A stretch of 64,000 nucleotides of DNA, taken from Eledone cirrhosa. Its lineage: Eukaryota. The notes beneath the pieces were generated by a model. The model had not been told where the DNA came from. It saw only the letters and a list, made by a program, of their open reading frames with translations, and did no database searches. Where the stretch lies: the NCBI GenBank assembly GCA_964016885.1, contig OZ024743.1, positions 310,744,001 through 310,808,000 on the forward strand, given 5' to 3'. Positions 1 to 13,384 of the stretch are shown piece after piece (within the stretch, counting starts at the first letter, position 1; each line of letters opens with the position of its first letter). The position numbers were made by a program, and so were the translations under genes.

Positions 1-246
1 ATATATATGTGTATATATATATATATACATATATTTCGTTTCTGAATTTGTTTAGCAAGATTCTTTATCTGAAATCGTGTGTTGAAACCGATATTGTTAT
101 ACTTTGGGAGGGTCATGTTGCCAATAAGAAACACACGCACCAGTTGCTTTCACTTCAATTTATTATAATAAATTTATAATAAATTTATAAATTTATAAAT
201 TTCTGGTTGGTTGGTTGGTTCCACAACCAGATAGTTGTTTATATAT

Positions 247-291
247 AGTCATAGTTCTTTCGTCACACACTCTGTGACCTCAGCAGTGACT
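247..291 (-). ncRNA. Minimal type I hammerhead ribozyme, core-mutated copy (CUGCUGA)
   Basis: Reverse strand reads AGTCA CTGCTGA G GTCAC-agagtgt-GTGAC GAAA GAAC TA TGACT. Confidence 0.6.
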
Positions 292-478
292 GGGGATTCC
301 TTCCTTTGTTTCTGTGCCTCTCCTTTGTTCTGTCCTACGCCATTTGTTTCTGTGTGTGTGTTGTGTGCTCAGTCTGCGCATGCGCCACATCCGGGTGTCT
401 GTGTGTGTTTATGTTCATTTATTTACATGTTACTGGTTGGTTGTTTGTTCTATGTGTGTGTGTGTTTTCATTTTGTCC

Positions 479-1446
479 TTAATTGTAAGTTTTGATGTTG
501 CTGTTCCACTCATATTTTCTATTTAATTTTGGTTGTAATTCTTTTATGTTTATTGCCTCTGTAATTTGTCTAAACATTGCATCTTTTCTGTGTGTAGATT
601 CTATTTTTACTTCTATGTTCTCTAATTTACTCTTGTGTTCTATTTTAGCATGTTGGTAGAGTACAGATGATTCTTTATTATCTTGAAGGTCTCGCCAGTG
701 TTCATTTATCCGTTCCCCTACACTACGAGCTGTCTCACCTATGTACACTATATTTTTGTCTCTACATTGTCCTTCAGTACATCTTATGCTATACACTACA
801 TTTCTAGTTTTACGGTTAATATGGGGGCTTATTTTACAGGTTATACATTTCTTATCTATACATGAGGGTCTTTGAAAAGGGTATGTCTTGCTAATAAGTG
901 TTTTTACGGAGGTACCTGGTCTTTCTACTATCTTAATATTGAGTTTATGTTTATTTAGGGCCCTTCTAAATTTGTAAGCTAATTCACCTCTAGGGGTTGT
1001 ATCGATGAACATTACACTCTGGTATTTATTGCTATCATACCATGAGTTTATTCTATTAGCCTTGTTCCTAGTTCTTTCTATTCTATTCGAAAATTTGCTC
1101 CTATACAAGGGGCAGGTCCCATTTATGTCATTATTTACCATTTTTTCCCATTTAGTTCTGGCTCCTCTTTACACTCTGATTTTATCTCTCTGATTGTAGC
1201 CAGAGAACTGCATACGGTGGATGAAGTGTTGTATGTGTCTCTCTAGTTCTTCGGGGTTGCACATGCGGGACACGTTTCTCATCACCAGTACCAAATCCGC
1301 AATCAGTATGTTGATTTTGGTATGGTCCGAAACGGCCGAGTTTCGGTGGATCAGATGTTTGGAAGTCATGGGTTTGGCATAATGGGAATGGAGGATTTGT
1401 TTTTTGTTATTAATGGTATGTAACCAGAGCTCTGTGTCTAGTACAA
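479..1446 (-). pseudogene. PLE RT thumb region plus GIY-YIG endonuclease, disrupted
   Basis: ORFs 1169..1369 and 479..1141 contain NVVYSIRC...VYIGETARSVGERINEH...EAINIKELQPKLN (GIY-YIG with Cys/His residues). They closely resemble ORFs 60689..61852 and 60412..60708. Confidence 0.9.
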
Positions 1447-1790
1447 ATCGAATCTACACACAGAAATAGAATCTACACACAGAAAAGACGCAATGTTTAG
1501 ACAAATTACAGAGGCAATAAACATAAAAGAATTACAACCAAAATTAAATAGAAAATATGAGTGGAACAGCAACATCAAAACTTACAATTAAGGACAAAAT
1601 GAAAACACACACACACATAGAACAAACAACCAACCAGTAACATGTAAATAAACAAATAAATAAATGAACATAAACACACACAGACACACGGATGTAACGC
1701 ATGCGCAGACTGAGCACACAACACACACACAGAAACAAATGGCGTAGGACAGAACAAAGGAGAGGCACAGAAACAAAGAAAGGAATCCCC

Positions 1791-1835
1791 AGTCACTGAA
1801 GAGGTCACAGAGTGTGTGACGAAAGAACTATGACT
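1791..1835 (+). ncRNA. Minimal type I hammerhead ribozyme
   Basis: AGTCA CTGAAGA G GTCAC-agagtgt-GTGAC GAAA GAAC TA TGACT. Stem I AGTCA/TGACT, stem II GTCAC/GTGAC, minimal stem III, CUA cleavage triplet. Confidence 0.8.
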
Positions 1836-1979
1836 ATATATAAACAACTATCTGGTTGTGGAACCAACCAACCGGAAATTTATAAATTTATAAATTTATT
1901 ATAAATTTATTATAATAAATTGAAGTGAAAGCAACTGGTGCGTGTGTTTCTTATTGGCAACATGACCCTCCCAAAGTAT

Positions 1980-3070
<1,091 letters not shown>

Positions 3071-3099
3071 TGTTTTGTGAATGTGTCTGTTGATTTTTG

Positions 3100-3600
3100 G
3101 CATATAGTTGAATAGTTTAAGAGAAATTTGAAGAAAATTGTAAGATATGCACTCAATATTTTGAATTTGTCTACAGAATTCTCTAAACCTTTGACACTTA
3201 GTAGAACCTTAAAGAATTTAGTTTTTAAAGAATCTCCCTTTCCTTTAAATCTATCTACCATGACTGACCCCCAATGATCTTATAGACACCTGTTAGCTTA
3301 AGAGAAACTTAATAATAAGGAGTGGCATGCCATCCTAAACTTCTTTATAGAATTCTTTCTGCCTTTGTTACTCTAAAAATAAAAATAAACTATAGCTTTG
3401 TAGAATTAGCTTTTAGTGAATTCCATTTTCTATCAACCAATGACCTACACCCATCCCACTCCCCACCCTCTCCTACCACTTGTAGAGACCTATAAATACC
3501 ATACTTATTTTTTGATACCCAGATTCCTGATGATTTCTAAAGAATGAAACAGTTCTAGTCCTGTAGAATCTCATCTATATTTAAACTGTTATACTCTGCA
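3100..3600 (+). mobile_element. Decayed PLE-like 3' end with an HHR-like core at 3527-3565
   Basis: CTGATGA-TTTCtaaaGAAT-GAAA-CAGTTCTAGTCCTGTAGAA. The same motif recurs at about 5722-5770(-), 20176-20215, 20933-20960, 52903-52955 and 53046-53100. Upstream sequence weakly resembles a GIY-YIG C-terminus. Confidence 0.45.
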
Positions 3601-3653
3601 ATGCATAGAGTACCTTACTTTTTGTGGTTACCTCCGATTTTACCCGGAATAAC

Positions 3654-3690
<37 letters not shown>

Positions 3691-4416
3691 TGTTAAAAAA
3701 TATAATATAGAAAGGAACATTTAAGTTGAAAATGTACTTCGGACCTTTCAGTTAATTTACCCTCTAATTGAAACAGGTGGAACATTATAAATTTAATAAA
3801 TTAATATATATATACACATGAACGAGGTTTCACATTGAGTCTTTCCGTATCCGCCATTCCTTCACCTGTACATCCACCCACGTTGTATATGCCCTCCGGT
3901 GTTCCTTTTACAGGTTTTTATATATCGGACAAACGAGACGCCGTATGGCGGACCGTTTTGCCGAACATTTTAGGGACATACGTCTTGGTTTGGATACTCC
4001 TGTCACCCGTCATTTCTGTTCTCCTAGTCATTCTTCCCTTCATGTTTCAGTCCTGGGTGTACTTAAGCAAGTGAAAAAGTATAGCTCTTTTTACAAAACG
4101 GCTTTTTTTTTCGTTTAAGGTAGACGCGCTCCATCATCCACTTTTCTAAAAAAATAAATCATACACAAAACGCCAGCACCAATAGTTTTGCAAGAGATGT
4201 CAATATGAATGGACCTGTCATTTTTATCTAAAGACATTTTTCCAATTCCAACCAGCCCGTCCCCTTAATCTATCTTATTTCTCATTCTTTCATCTGATGA
4301 ATGACTAGCGTCCGAAACGTTAAGACCCTCTTCCTGCTATATCAAGCGTTAACCTAATATATCCCTTTCATATACTGTACCGATTGTGTTGCTATTTCTG
4401 TTTACCTTTGACATAT

Positions 4417-4975
4417 TGGATTTTGCAAAACCTTAAATCACCAAAGACCTGCCTAAACACAAAGACAGACATTTTCACCAGTTGCCCACACATGAAATCA
4501 CACCTGCTTTCCAGCTCATATAAACTTAACACACTTTCAGTTACTTATCCTCCATAAGCTCTTATACTTCACTTAAATTATTCTCTTTAAGACTACCTTT
4601 TCTGATTTACTTTCATTTTTAACCTTATTATTAATTTTATTTTTATTTTTATTTTTATTTTTATTTTTATTTTTATTTTTACTTCACATCCACCACTACC
4701 CCCCCCCCTTTATTCTCCGATTCACTTACCTAATATCTTCACTTTCCACTTTTTACTTCCCTATTTTCTTCACTACCTGATTAAACAGGTCACTTGCGTT
4801 TTCTACTCCAGATATTTTCTGTTATTTCGCAGCCAATTTTATATTTTTATATTTGTACTCACTTATTCACAAGGCCGTTTTTACACCCTGTGTCTATGTG
4901 TCTGAGCGTCTTTATGTATGTATACTTTCTGTTTATGTACACGAACGCCTCCGTATGTGCGCGCGCGTGCGTGTA
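4417..4975 (+). mobile_element. PLE 3' fragment, part 1 (same family as 33978-37815)
   Basis: Matches the reverse complement of about 34950-35410, covering the end of the GIY-YIG ORF and the start of the 3' UTR. Confidence 0.8.
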
Positions 4976-6395
4976 TCTGTTAGAACACGAAAAGTGTGAA
5001 CCAACAGAATGTTCACTTTTCGTGTTCTAACATATATGCCTAGCTTCTCTAAAAAATTTTCGGGGATAGCCGTGGTGGTGGTGATCGTATGTCATTGGCT
5101 AATTTTCAACCAATCAGAGTACCTCTCTCTATATCTCTTCCACTGTTACTTACGCCTATTTCTCTCTATCTGTTCCGTCTCTATTTATATCTCTTACTCT
5201 TTCGCTTTGCACTCCTCCCCTTCAATACCATCTCTCCCCCTCTCTATATATTTGTTACTCTATCGCTGCACGCTCCTCTCCTTCAATATATCAATTACAC
5301 ACGCTTTACACTCCTTTATCCCCAGCGCCCCTATATATACACCCCCCCCCTCTCCCACATCTATATTTTAATGTACCGTTGCACCGTGAATATATGTGTC
5401 TATATATATATATATACATATATATTGTATATACACATTCATGTATGTGTATACACACTCATGTATGTATATACACTGGTTTTATGTGTGTATTGTAAAT
5501 TTGTACTGTTAAAACACGAAACTAACATTCGATTGACACTTTGATTACCTGTACAGGCAATAGTTATTAGAATGCTGTTGAAGTGTGTATATATTTTTGG
5601 GGGACATCCTGTATATACACACATTATATATAATACAATAAACAGATAAATACACACATATATATATGAGCTTATTTAATTATAAATATTGTGAATTTTT
5701 AACTCAGTTCAATTATATATGTAAATGGCTTCTACAGGACTAGAACTGTTTCATTCGAAAGAAATCATCATAATATTGAGAGGGGGGACTAGATAAAATA
5801 TTTCAAATCAAATGTGTATAAGTTATAAGTTAAAATGTATAAATAGAGACGATAGTGGAGGTATATCTGTTTAGTGGAACAGTAGACGATAGAATTAAAT
5901 ACAGACGAGAATCTCCCTTTAATGAAACAGCAGACGATAGAATTAAGGCAATTTAAATTTTAAGCATTTGCATTTTTGCCTTTCATCGTTACGGGGTCGA
6001 TAAAATAAAGTACCAGTAATACACTGTCACTAGACGACTTTCAAATTGAATTGTTGGTTCCATTTCTTTAGTATTTTCAATTGTAGTTATCTACTTAAAA
6101 AGCGTTACACGGTTAGAGACATAATTCGTAAGTTATATCTTCCCTATTAAACCATTGCATTATTTCGCCTACAATAGAACAAAAATGAAATGTTCTTTAA
6201 AGAAACAGGAATATAACTTTATAAAAAAAAAAGTTGCATCCGCTTCTTTTATCATTGATAATTTTTTCGTTTTAATATTAATTGTTTTTTGTAGTTGTTT
6301 ATATTAAAAATCTTACTGTAATATTTACTTAAACGAAGGCAGACATCTAAACTTATAGATTAATCTTGAGCGAAGGACTAGATAAATCTCTCTCC

Positions 6396-6457
<62 letters not shown>

Positions 6458-6954
6458 GAAGAATGATAACATTTCAAGCAAAGAGTTTAATTAGGTAATG
6501 ACTTACAAATTTGTTTCAGTATATAGACAAAGCCTGAAGCGCTAATTATAATAATTAGTTATTACAAAATATATTAATATTATATTAAATATATACTGAA
6601 ACCAATCAGTTTAGCAGAAAGTTTCCAGACAAGAAACACGCATATTTTGCTATCCTCAAACACGTTTACACATGGCATGAAATATAACTAATCCGAGATG
6701 GCTAGGTTTCATCTTCTAACTGGATATACGAAATCCATTATGTCTTGACAACAACATGAGGTAACATTATGTTATTCACAGACACACTTTGTACACTGTT
6801 CCATATCAGAATGTATTTCCTTCGTCACATTCACAAACAGTATCGAAAATATGTTCTTCGGCAAATAAAAATGTTTTGTTCATAATATTTCAACTAGCGA
6901 TTGCTCTACTCCACGCACGACCACCATAAATTAATGACCAGCTCAACACAAGTA

Positions 6955-7125
6955 TTGGTAGAGCGTCAGACACCATGCTTTGCAGTATTGTTATGGTCCT
7001 TTGCATTCTAAGTTCAAATCCTGCCGAGGTTAACTTCGACTTTCATACTTACTAATTCGATAAAATAAAGTACCAGTAATGGACTGCCGTAATGGATTTG
7101 TGCCGAAAAATAGAAACACTATTAA
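6955..7125 (+). mobile_element. tRNA-derived SINE (Nin/Deu-like central domain)
   Basis: B-box-like GTTCAAATCC followed by GCCGAGGTTAACTT...CGATAAAATAAAGTACCAGT. Same family as 27064-27253. Confidence 0.75.
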
Positions 7126-7674
7126 TGTGCAATAAGAGCAAAATATAACGACATTGCTCAATTATTTTATCTAATGTTGTAATAACACAAGGAAATGTTG
7201 TTTGTGTATTTTTTTTTATATTTGCTCATAGGCTTTTACAATTTCGCTCAGCCAACAACTATTAAAAAGTGAGTTGCTTAAGATAACAATTTAATCACAA
7301 ATTGTTGCTATCTTTTAATACACTCCAACAAGTCATCAAATTATGTACAATAAAAACAAATCTTATTAATTTGCTCAGGGAATATAAAGAAAATGTATAT
7401 ACACTGATAATTGCAATTGTATGTAAATATTTTGTTTTTGTATTGTATATTTTATGTTTTCTATTATGTATAATATATTGATTTAATATTGATTGTTTTT
7501 TGTAGTTGTTTATATTAAAAGTCTGAAAATATTTTTATACATCTTACACTAATATTTATAAGATAATTTATAATAACAATTACATAATCTAATTACATTA
7601 CAACGATAATTTATTATTAATATATATCCTGTTTAACTAGAGTTATTACAAGCGTTGCCTTAAAAAAATATTAA

Positions 7675-8631
7675 ACTAGACATGAAAAATGCGCAAGCTC
7701 AAAAGTGCCACAGAATGTTATAATAAACCTTCAAAAGTGTGGGACTAGAGTTGTTGCTAAAAAATATTGTAATCATTATATATCGTACATTCTGTGGCAT
7801 CCTTTATAAAAATAGCTTAAACCAACGAAGCCTTTATTTTTACGCTATTTCACTTAGTTAATTCTTAGAGTGTAACATATAAAAATAAATACATCTATGT
7901 TTAATGTAATAACAGCTATAAATAATTACGTAATATTATTATCATATACTCATAGTAACAAAATAATTGTGTTGAAACTTAATATGATGCTTATATGAAC
8001 GATCAAATCTATAATGATAATTTCTTAAATATACTAATAGTAAAATAATTTAGTTATCTATTGTTACATTTTCATAGAACTATAATATTAACAATCGTAT
8101 TGCATTATCAAATTTTTATCACTACAAACTTTCATATTGGAATTACCTTAAGCCACTTATTATTACTTCGCTTTCGTACTTTTACAGCTGTAGATATTGC
8201 GCTGTATCTTATATCTAATATCAATATCTCGTGGTAATTTGCATGAAGTGTAAAATAGGTTTATTAATAACTTTAATATGAAATGTATTATACAGGGCTG
8301 CGGAGTCGGCCAAAAATTGACTGGCTCCAACTCAGGATCCGATACTCCATTATTTCCTAAATTTCAGCTCCGCAGCTCTGTTATTATATTAATTAATTTA
8401 TTTTATAGTTGTAAATCATATTTTTATATGTTACACTCTAAGAATTAACTAAGTGAAATAGCGTAAAAATAAAGGCTTCGTTGGTTTAAGCTATTTTTAT
8501 AAAGGATGCCACAGAATGTACGATATATAATGATTACAATATTTTTTAGCAACAACTCTAGTCCCACACTTTTGAAGGTTTATTATAACATTCTGTGGCA
8601 CTTTTGAGCTTGCGCATTTTTCATGTCTAGT
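7675..8631. repeat. Perfect 213-bp inverted repeat (7675-7887 / 8419-8631)
   Basis: The arms read identically by eye. Each terminates outward in CTAG-T. Confidence 0.92.
8293..8380. mobile_element. hAT-type MITE, 88 bp
   Basis: TIRs CAGGGCTGCGGAG / CTCCGCAGCTCTG. An 8-bp TSD, gtattata / ttattata, has one mismatch. Confidence 0.75.
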
Positions 8632-9698
8632 ATATATATGTGTGTATGTATGTGTGTTTTTATATCTGTAATTTTACATCTATGTTTTTTTACATTCTTA
8701 TGTGTGTGCATGTAAGCGGGTCAACGTGCGTGAGTGTATGTATGTGTGTCTCTGTGTGTGTGTGTACGTACTGAATGTATGGATGTGTATGTGTGCGTAT
8801 GTATATATATATATATATTTATGTGTGTGTATGTGTGTGTGTATACAGTCGCGTACGTACGCGTGATTAGATATACATGGGGCGATGTGTATGTATATAT
8901 ATATGTGCATCCTGTGTGTGTATGTACACTTGCATACGCTTTTGTCTGCACGTATTGCGTGTATATATATTTTTTTTATAGATATATGTTTCTTATAGAT
9001 TATGTGTGTATGTACGCGTGTACCTTGTTTGTTTTCTTTTCTTTACTTTGCAATTTTTTCTTTCTAAATTATTGTTCCATTTTTATAAATATATCGAGAA
9101 TGATACTTTCTTTTTACTATTACACTCCCTTACCTCTTTTTCTTCCGCATATAAGTGTACGCGCGTGTGTGTGTGTTTATACGCGTGCCTTCATATTCTT
9201 ATAATGTATCTAATACCCTGTTTTTCTGTATACCTGTCAACCAGACACTCATATCATCTCTGTGTCTGTGGTTACATATACACAGATATACTTGCCCTCA
9301 TACATATATTTACGCACACATTTTCACTATACACACACATTTGTACATACATAGGTACATCTGTGAGTGTATATACATACATATACACACACCTAACTAT
9401 ATTTCTTAAAAAATGTTTTTAATATATTTTATATGTCTATTGTATTACCTTTATCTATATATATATAATTTTTTTGGCATTTCTTGAGGAGACTTTCCTA
9501 ATATTTAGCTATGTTTTATATTGCCTCGTCCGACAAACGAATGAAGACGTTTCTTTCGTATTCGTCTTATTCGGGAAACCTCTGGTAATGAGGTAATTAT
9601 ATTGTATTGTTTTTTATACATTAAATTTTGCTCTGGTACTTACATAGAGCACTCTTCACTCCTATGATTTTTTTCTATTTTCAACGGAAACTTCAATA

Positions 9699-9703
<5 letters not shown>
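8631..9703 (+). mobile_element. PLE 3' pseudo-LTR, part 2, ending in (TA)n
   Basis: Matches the reverse complement of about 33978-34950 and 37537-37815. Ends CTTCAATACTTATA(TA)n. Confidence 0.85.
9521..9596 (+). ncRNA. Variant type I hammerhead-like motif (CCGAC core, decayed G8)
   Basis: TTGCCTCGT CCGACAA A CGAATGAAGACG...CGTCTTATTCG G GAAA CC-tct-GG TA ATGAGGTAA, with a 9-bp stem I. Confidence 0.55.
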
Positions 9704-9759
<56 letters not shown>

Positions 9760-9760
<1 letters not shown>

Positions 9761-9897
9761 CAAAAAAACGAAAAATCAGTGATGCATCTGGACTGCACCA
9801 CTGATTTTTCGTTTTTTTTATAATTCCTACACTCTACTCTGATGAATATCGAGTGCTAAATTTGGTATACCGCCTACGGAAGCACCATAGCTACCAC
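9760..9897 (+). mobile_element. Short PLE-type 3' tail with a fold-back 5' end, same family as 56900-57291
   Basis: Hairpin AAAAAAACGAAAAATCAGTG...CACTGATTTTTCGTTTTTTT. The tail resembles the reverse complement of 56900-56973. Flanked by TA repeats. Confidence 0.6.
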
Positions 9898-10004
9898 TAT
9901 ACACACACACACATATATATATAATATATATATATATGTATGTAAAAGGTAAACAGAAATAACAACACAATCGTTACATAATATATATACATATATATAT
10001 ATAT

Positions 10005-10074
<70 letters not shown>

Positions 10075-10234
10075 GATAACAAATTATCGTTTTAGGTAAT
10101 CCAGCTAGAGGTTGTGCGTACTCTGTACTATGGATAGTTTTAACGTACAGCGTTGTTTGACTCCACAAGGGGATTCCTCAGTTAGGTAGTGAGTTTGCGA
10201 GAATTCCCATGCAGTTTATTGTTGGAGTAATGGT

Positions 10235-11884
10235 AGTGAAAGAGTGAAGAATAACATAGTCGGCTCTACAAAAAGGGTTTTATGAAAACAATAACATCAA
10301 TAATAAAAGCTAATAAAAGATAATAATAAAGAAGTTAGAATGAAAATGATAAACATCTAAAAAAATAAGCAAAAAATATTACAGAAAACGATTGCTGATA
10401 ATAGTAGTGGTGGTGGTGATAGTTGAAGTCATAATGGTGAGTAAGTGGATGTGTAAAATAGTGATGACGGTAAAGATAACAATAATATGAAAAGAAACAT
10501 GAAGTACTTTTTGTATATGAAATACATGTAGTATAAATGCAAGAGGTATAATCAAATCTCAGAGATTTAAAATAAAAAAATAAAAAATAAAAAATAAAAA
10601 ATAAGAAATGAAAAAATAAGGAAACAGAGTGAGGATAAGGATTCGAGGATGAGACATAAAGGGTAGGACTAAGGACGGGGAAGGAGTAGATAGATGGATA
10701 GAGAATAAAAAGAAAAAGGGCCAGTGATAATATATGGGTGATTAAGTTCTGGCAGACTGATTGTTTTATCTTAATGGAGCTGGTGCGGTTATAGAGAGAG
10801 AGTGGAAGAAATATTGGGAGATTTATGATGTTGATTTAATGATCGATTGTTCAGTTGACAGCTAATAACAGTGGAGTGGTGTGAAGCTAGTACATTAAAA
10901 CCTGGGTTGTTCTGTTTGAATTCTGAGATTACTGGATCGAATAATGCCGGTTTGAAGTTAGAGAACTTGGTAGCTGCTCTGCGCCTACAGAAAATTGATC
11001 ATTCTATTTTTGGAGCAGCTCCATATTGCAAAGTCCGCAGTGGGACATACCATTTTTGTAGGCCCTTACACCCAATAACTTCGACCAGCTAATCTCATAA
11101 TCCTAGTTGATGTCCTTAAGCTGCCAGATCTTATTGGCCAGCGTCGTCGAGTTCTCTCGTCTACGTTTTTTTATAGAATTCCATCTCTTTTTAATACCCC
11201 AGCAGTAGAACCTATGTAGTGCCATGCTAATTTGCCTGATTTGATAGTACACAGGTACACTATACTTGATTCCAGGCATCTATTTTGTAGTGGGCATTTA
11301 TCCGGCAGGTGGCAGTCACACTTGGAGGCCTTCCTGTGTGTAGGCTCTCCGTTGCGGTTTTGAATGTTGTAAGGGATGGACTGAAATTTATGTTTATTGT
11401 TGTTTTGTTGCGTTGTGCCCTGACCTGTATGTGGTTGTGATGTTGTGTTTGCGTTTTGTATTTGGTGCTATGGTGTATGTTGGTAGGTTATTTTCCTTAG
11501 AGATTCTTTTATAATTACCATTATAACTTCAACTAACTATTATCAGGAATCGTATTCTGTACTTATTTTTTGCTTATTTTTTAAATATTTATCATTTTCA
11601 TTCTAACTTCTTCATTATTATCTTTTATTATCTGTTATTATTGATGTTATTGTTTTCATTCACTTGATTCTCCGATGTATCTATACATACCAATGTCATG
11701 TGTTACACCCTCCAGTATTCCGATGATTTGATCAGAAACACACACTGTATTTAGTGTCGACTGACGCAACTTCAAGTGATTAGCGGCCTTTAGACTCACC
11801 TGATCAGTGAAACAATTGTCGATACTGTAAATAAAACCAACCCTTTTTGTACAGCCGACCATGTTATTCTTCACTCTTTCACTA

Positions 11885-11885
<1 letters not shown>
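10235..11885 (-). mobile_element. Hydra-clade-like PLE fragment with an inverted 3' end
   Basis: The minus strand near 11240-11330 translates as KCDCHLPDKCPLQNRCLESSIVYLCTIK (CxC-x5-C-x5-C then GIY-YIG). 10235-10405 is the reverse complement of 11537-11658 plus 11831-11885. Confidence 0.8.
11753..11826 (+). ncRNA. Degenerate type I hammerhead motif
   Basis: AGTGTC ga CTGACGC A ACTTCAAGTGA...TCACCTGATCAGT GAAA CAATTG TC GATACT. Palindromic stem III and a GUC triplet, but A9 is changed and two nucleotides are inserted before the core. Confidence 0.5.
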
Positions 11886-11924
<39 letters not shown>

Positions 11925-12908
11925 CTAGCATTAAAGCCCGGCGTTGCTCGGGGTCATTAAGTTACCAAAGTTAGGTTGCACCACCCATTTTATGGCAGCA
12001 CTTTTTTGTCTGCCAGGCACTGGGTGAATGAATTGCAGACCTGGAAGCATGAGCTGCGCCAGCAGTGACAATTGTAGTTTCGCCTATGGATATTATCTCT
12101 GTGCAAAAAAGTGTTGACATTTATTGTTTCACAGTACTTGCGCAACACGCGCGTAGACGATGCCAGCCGAACAACAGAGCTGCGATGGAGTTGTTCAGCA
12201 TGGTTGTCTGTGTATTTTCTAAATTTAAGACAGTAGGGAGGGTTGTGATATGAGGGAGAGTTAGCTGTTGTTTCTAGCAAATTTAGTGACCTCATAGAGG
12301 ATATGTGTTTTCTAAATTTAAGACAGTAAGGAGTGGTGTGATATGGGGGAGAGTTAGCTGCTGTTCCTGGCAGGTTTAGTGACCTCATAGAAGATATGTT
12401 TTCTAAATTTAAGACAGTAGGGAGGGGTGTGATATGGGGGAGAGTTAGCTGCTGTTTCTAGCAGGTTTAGTAACCTCATAGAGGTTATGTGTTTTCTAAA
12501 TTTAAGACAGTAGGGAGGGGTGTGATATGGGGGAGAGTTAGCTGCTGTTTCTAGCAGGTTTAGTAACCTCATAGATGATATGTGTTTTCTAAATTTAAGA
12601 CAGTAGGGAGTGGTTTGAACGGACAGTATCACCATCAAGCTTGGAAAGAGAAAGTAGCAGAAAGTATGAAGTTGTATAGATTTTGAATGGTAGTAGAAAG
12701 GGTTCAGCAGTTTAAATGAGAGAGTAAAATCGTAAAATATTGAGTTTTATCTATTTTTTGTGTAATTGTGGGTGAAATTGAAAAGATTATCTGCGTCAAG
12801 ACGCAATCGAAGCTACTTCGAGTACTGAATTGTAAATTTCAATTGAAGAAATTCTATATCGTAGATTTCTATAACGAAGGAGCATCACCACACACTGAGC
12901 TTTATAGA
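11925..12908 (-). mobile_element. Non-autonomous Helitron-like element with an internal minisatellite
   Basis: Minus strand reads A^TC (12908) ... hairpin CCCGAGCAACGCCGGG (11937-11952) ... CTAG^T (11925). No TSD. Confidence 0.75.
12215..12612. repeat. Minisatellite, about 93-bp unit, about 4.3 copies
   Basis: TTTTCTAAATTTAAGACAGTAGGGAG recurs at 12215, 12308, 12399, 12492 and 12585. Confidence 0.95.
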
Positions 12909-12930
12909 TTATGATATATACACAGATATA

Positions 12931-13003
<73 letters not shown>

Positions 13004-13384
13004 GTGTGTGATTGTATGTGTGTGTTTATGTATGTATATGTGAATTTCGTATAGCTAATGATATTCGGTATGTTTGCGAAAAAATATTTGGCAAACCTTC
13101 TAGCTATGGATATTGAAAAGCTGACGGCTAGCACCTTCTAGTGGATTCCAGAAGAAATAGCGGAGCACAACTGCCAACACGTTTCTACCTCTGGCCGTCA
13201 TCAGGATAGTGCTCCACCCTCCACCCCCACGCTCTCTGTGAGGAAATAGGCGAAAATATATAGTTTTTTCGTCTATGTAGCTGTTAAATGGCTCAGCTTG
13301 AAAGTAGAATGCTGGTGTACACAAATATCTCTAAACATACAGGTCTACACATGCAATAACATCCATAACTACATACACACACAA

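Larger units (their letters stand above)
4976..8630 (+). mobile_element. Helitron-like composite insertion (A^TC...CTAG^T) interrupting a PLE copy
   Basis: Starts with TC at 4976 after an A and ends with CTAG at 8630 before a T. No target-site duplication. The flanks rejoin into contiguous PLE 3' UTR. A 5' hairpin spans 4978-5032. Confidence 0.6.

Noticed and set aside
4294-4330. Additional hammerheads at about 4294, 6534, 21715, 33620 and 59445
   Set aside because: Only part of the core or stems can be formed. They are probably decayed PLE ends but are not supportable individually.
12215-12612. Possible CRISPR-like array or repeat protein (ORFs 11990..12388, 12354..12638)
   Set aside because: The whole 93-bp unit repeats with no unique spacers, there are no cas genes, and it lies inside a Helitron-like element in eukaryotic DNA.
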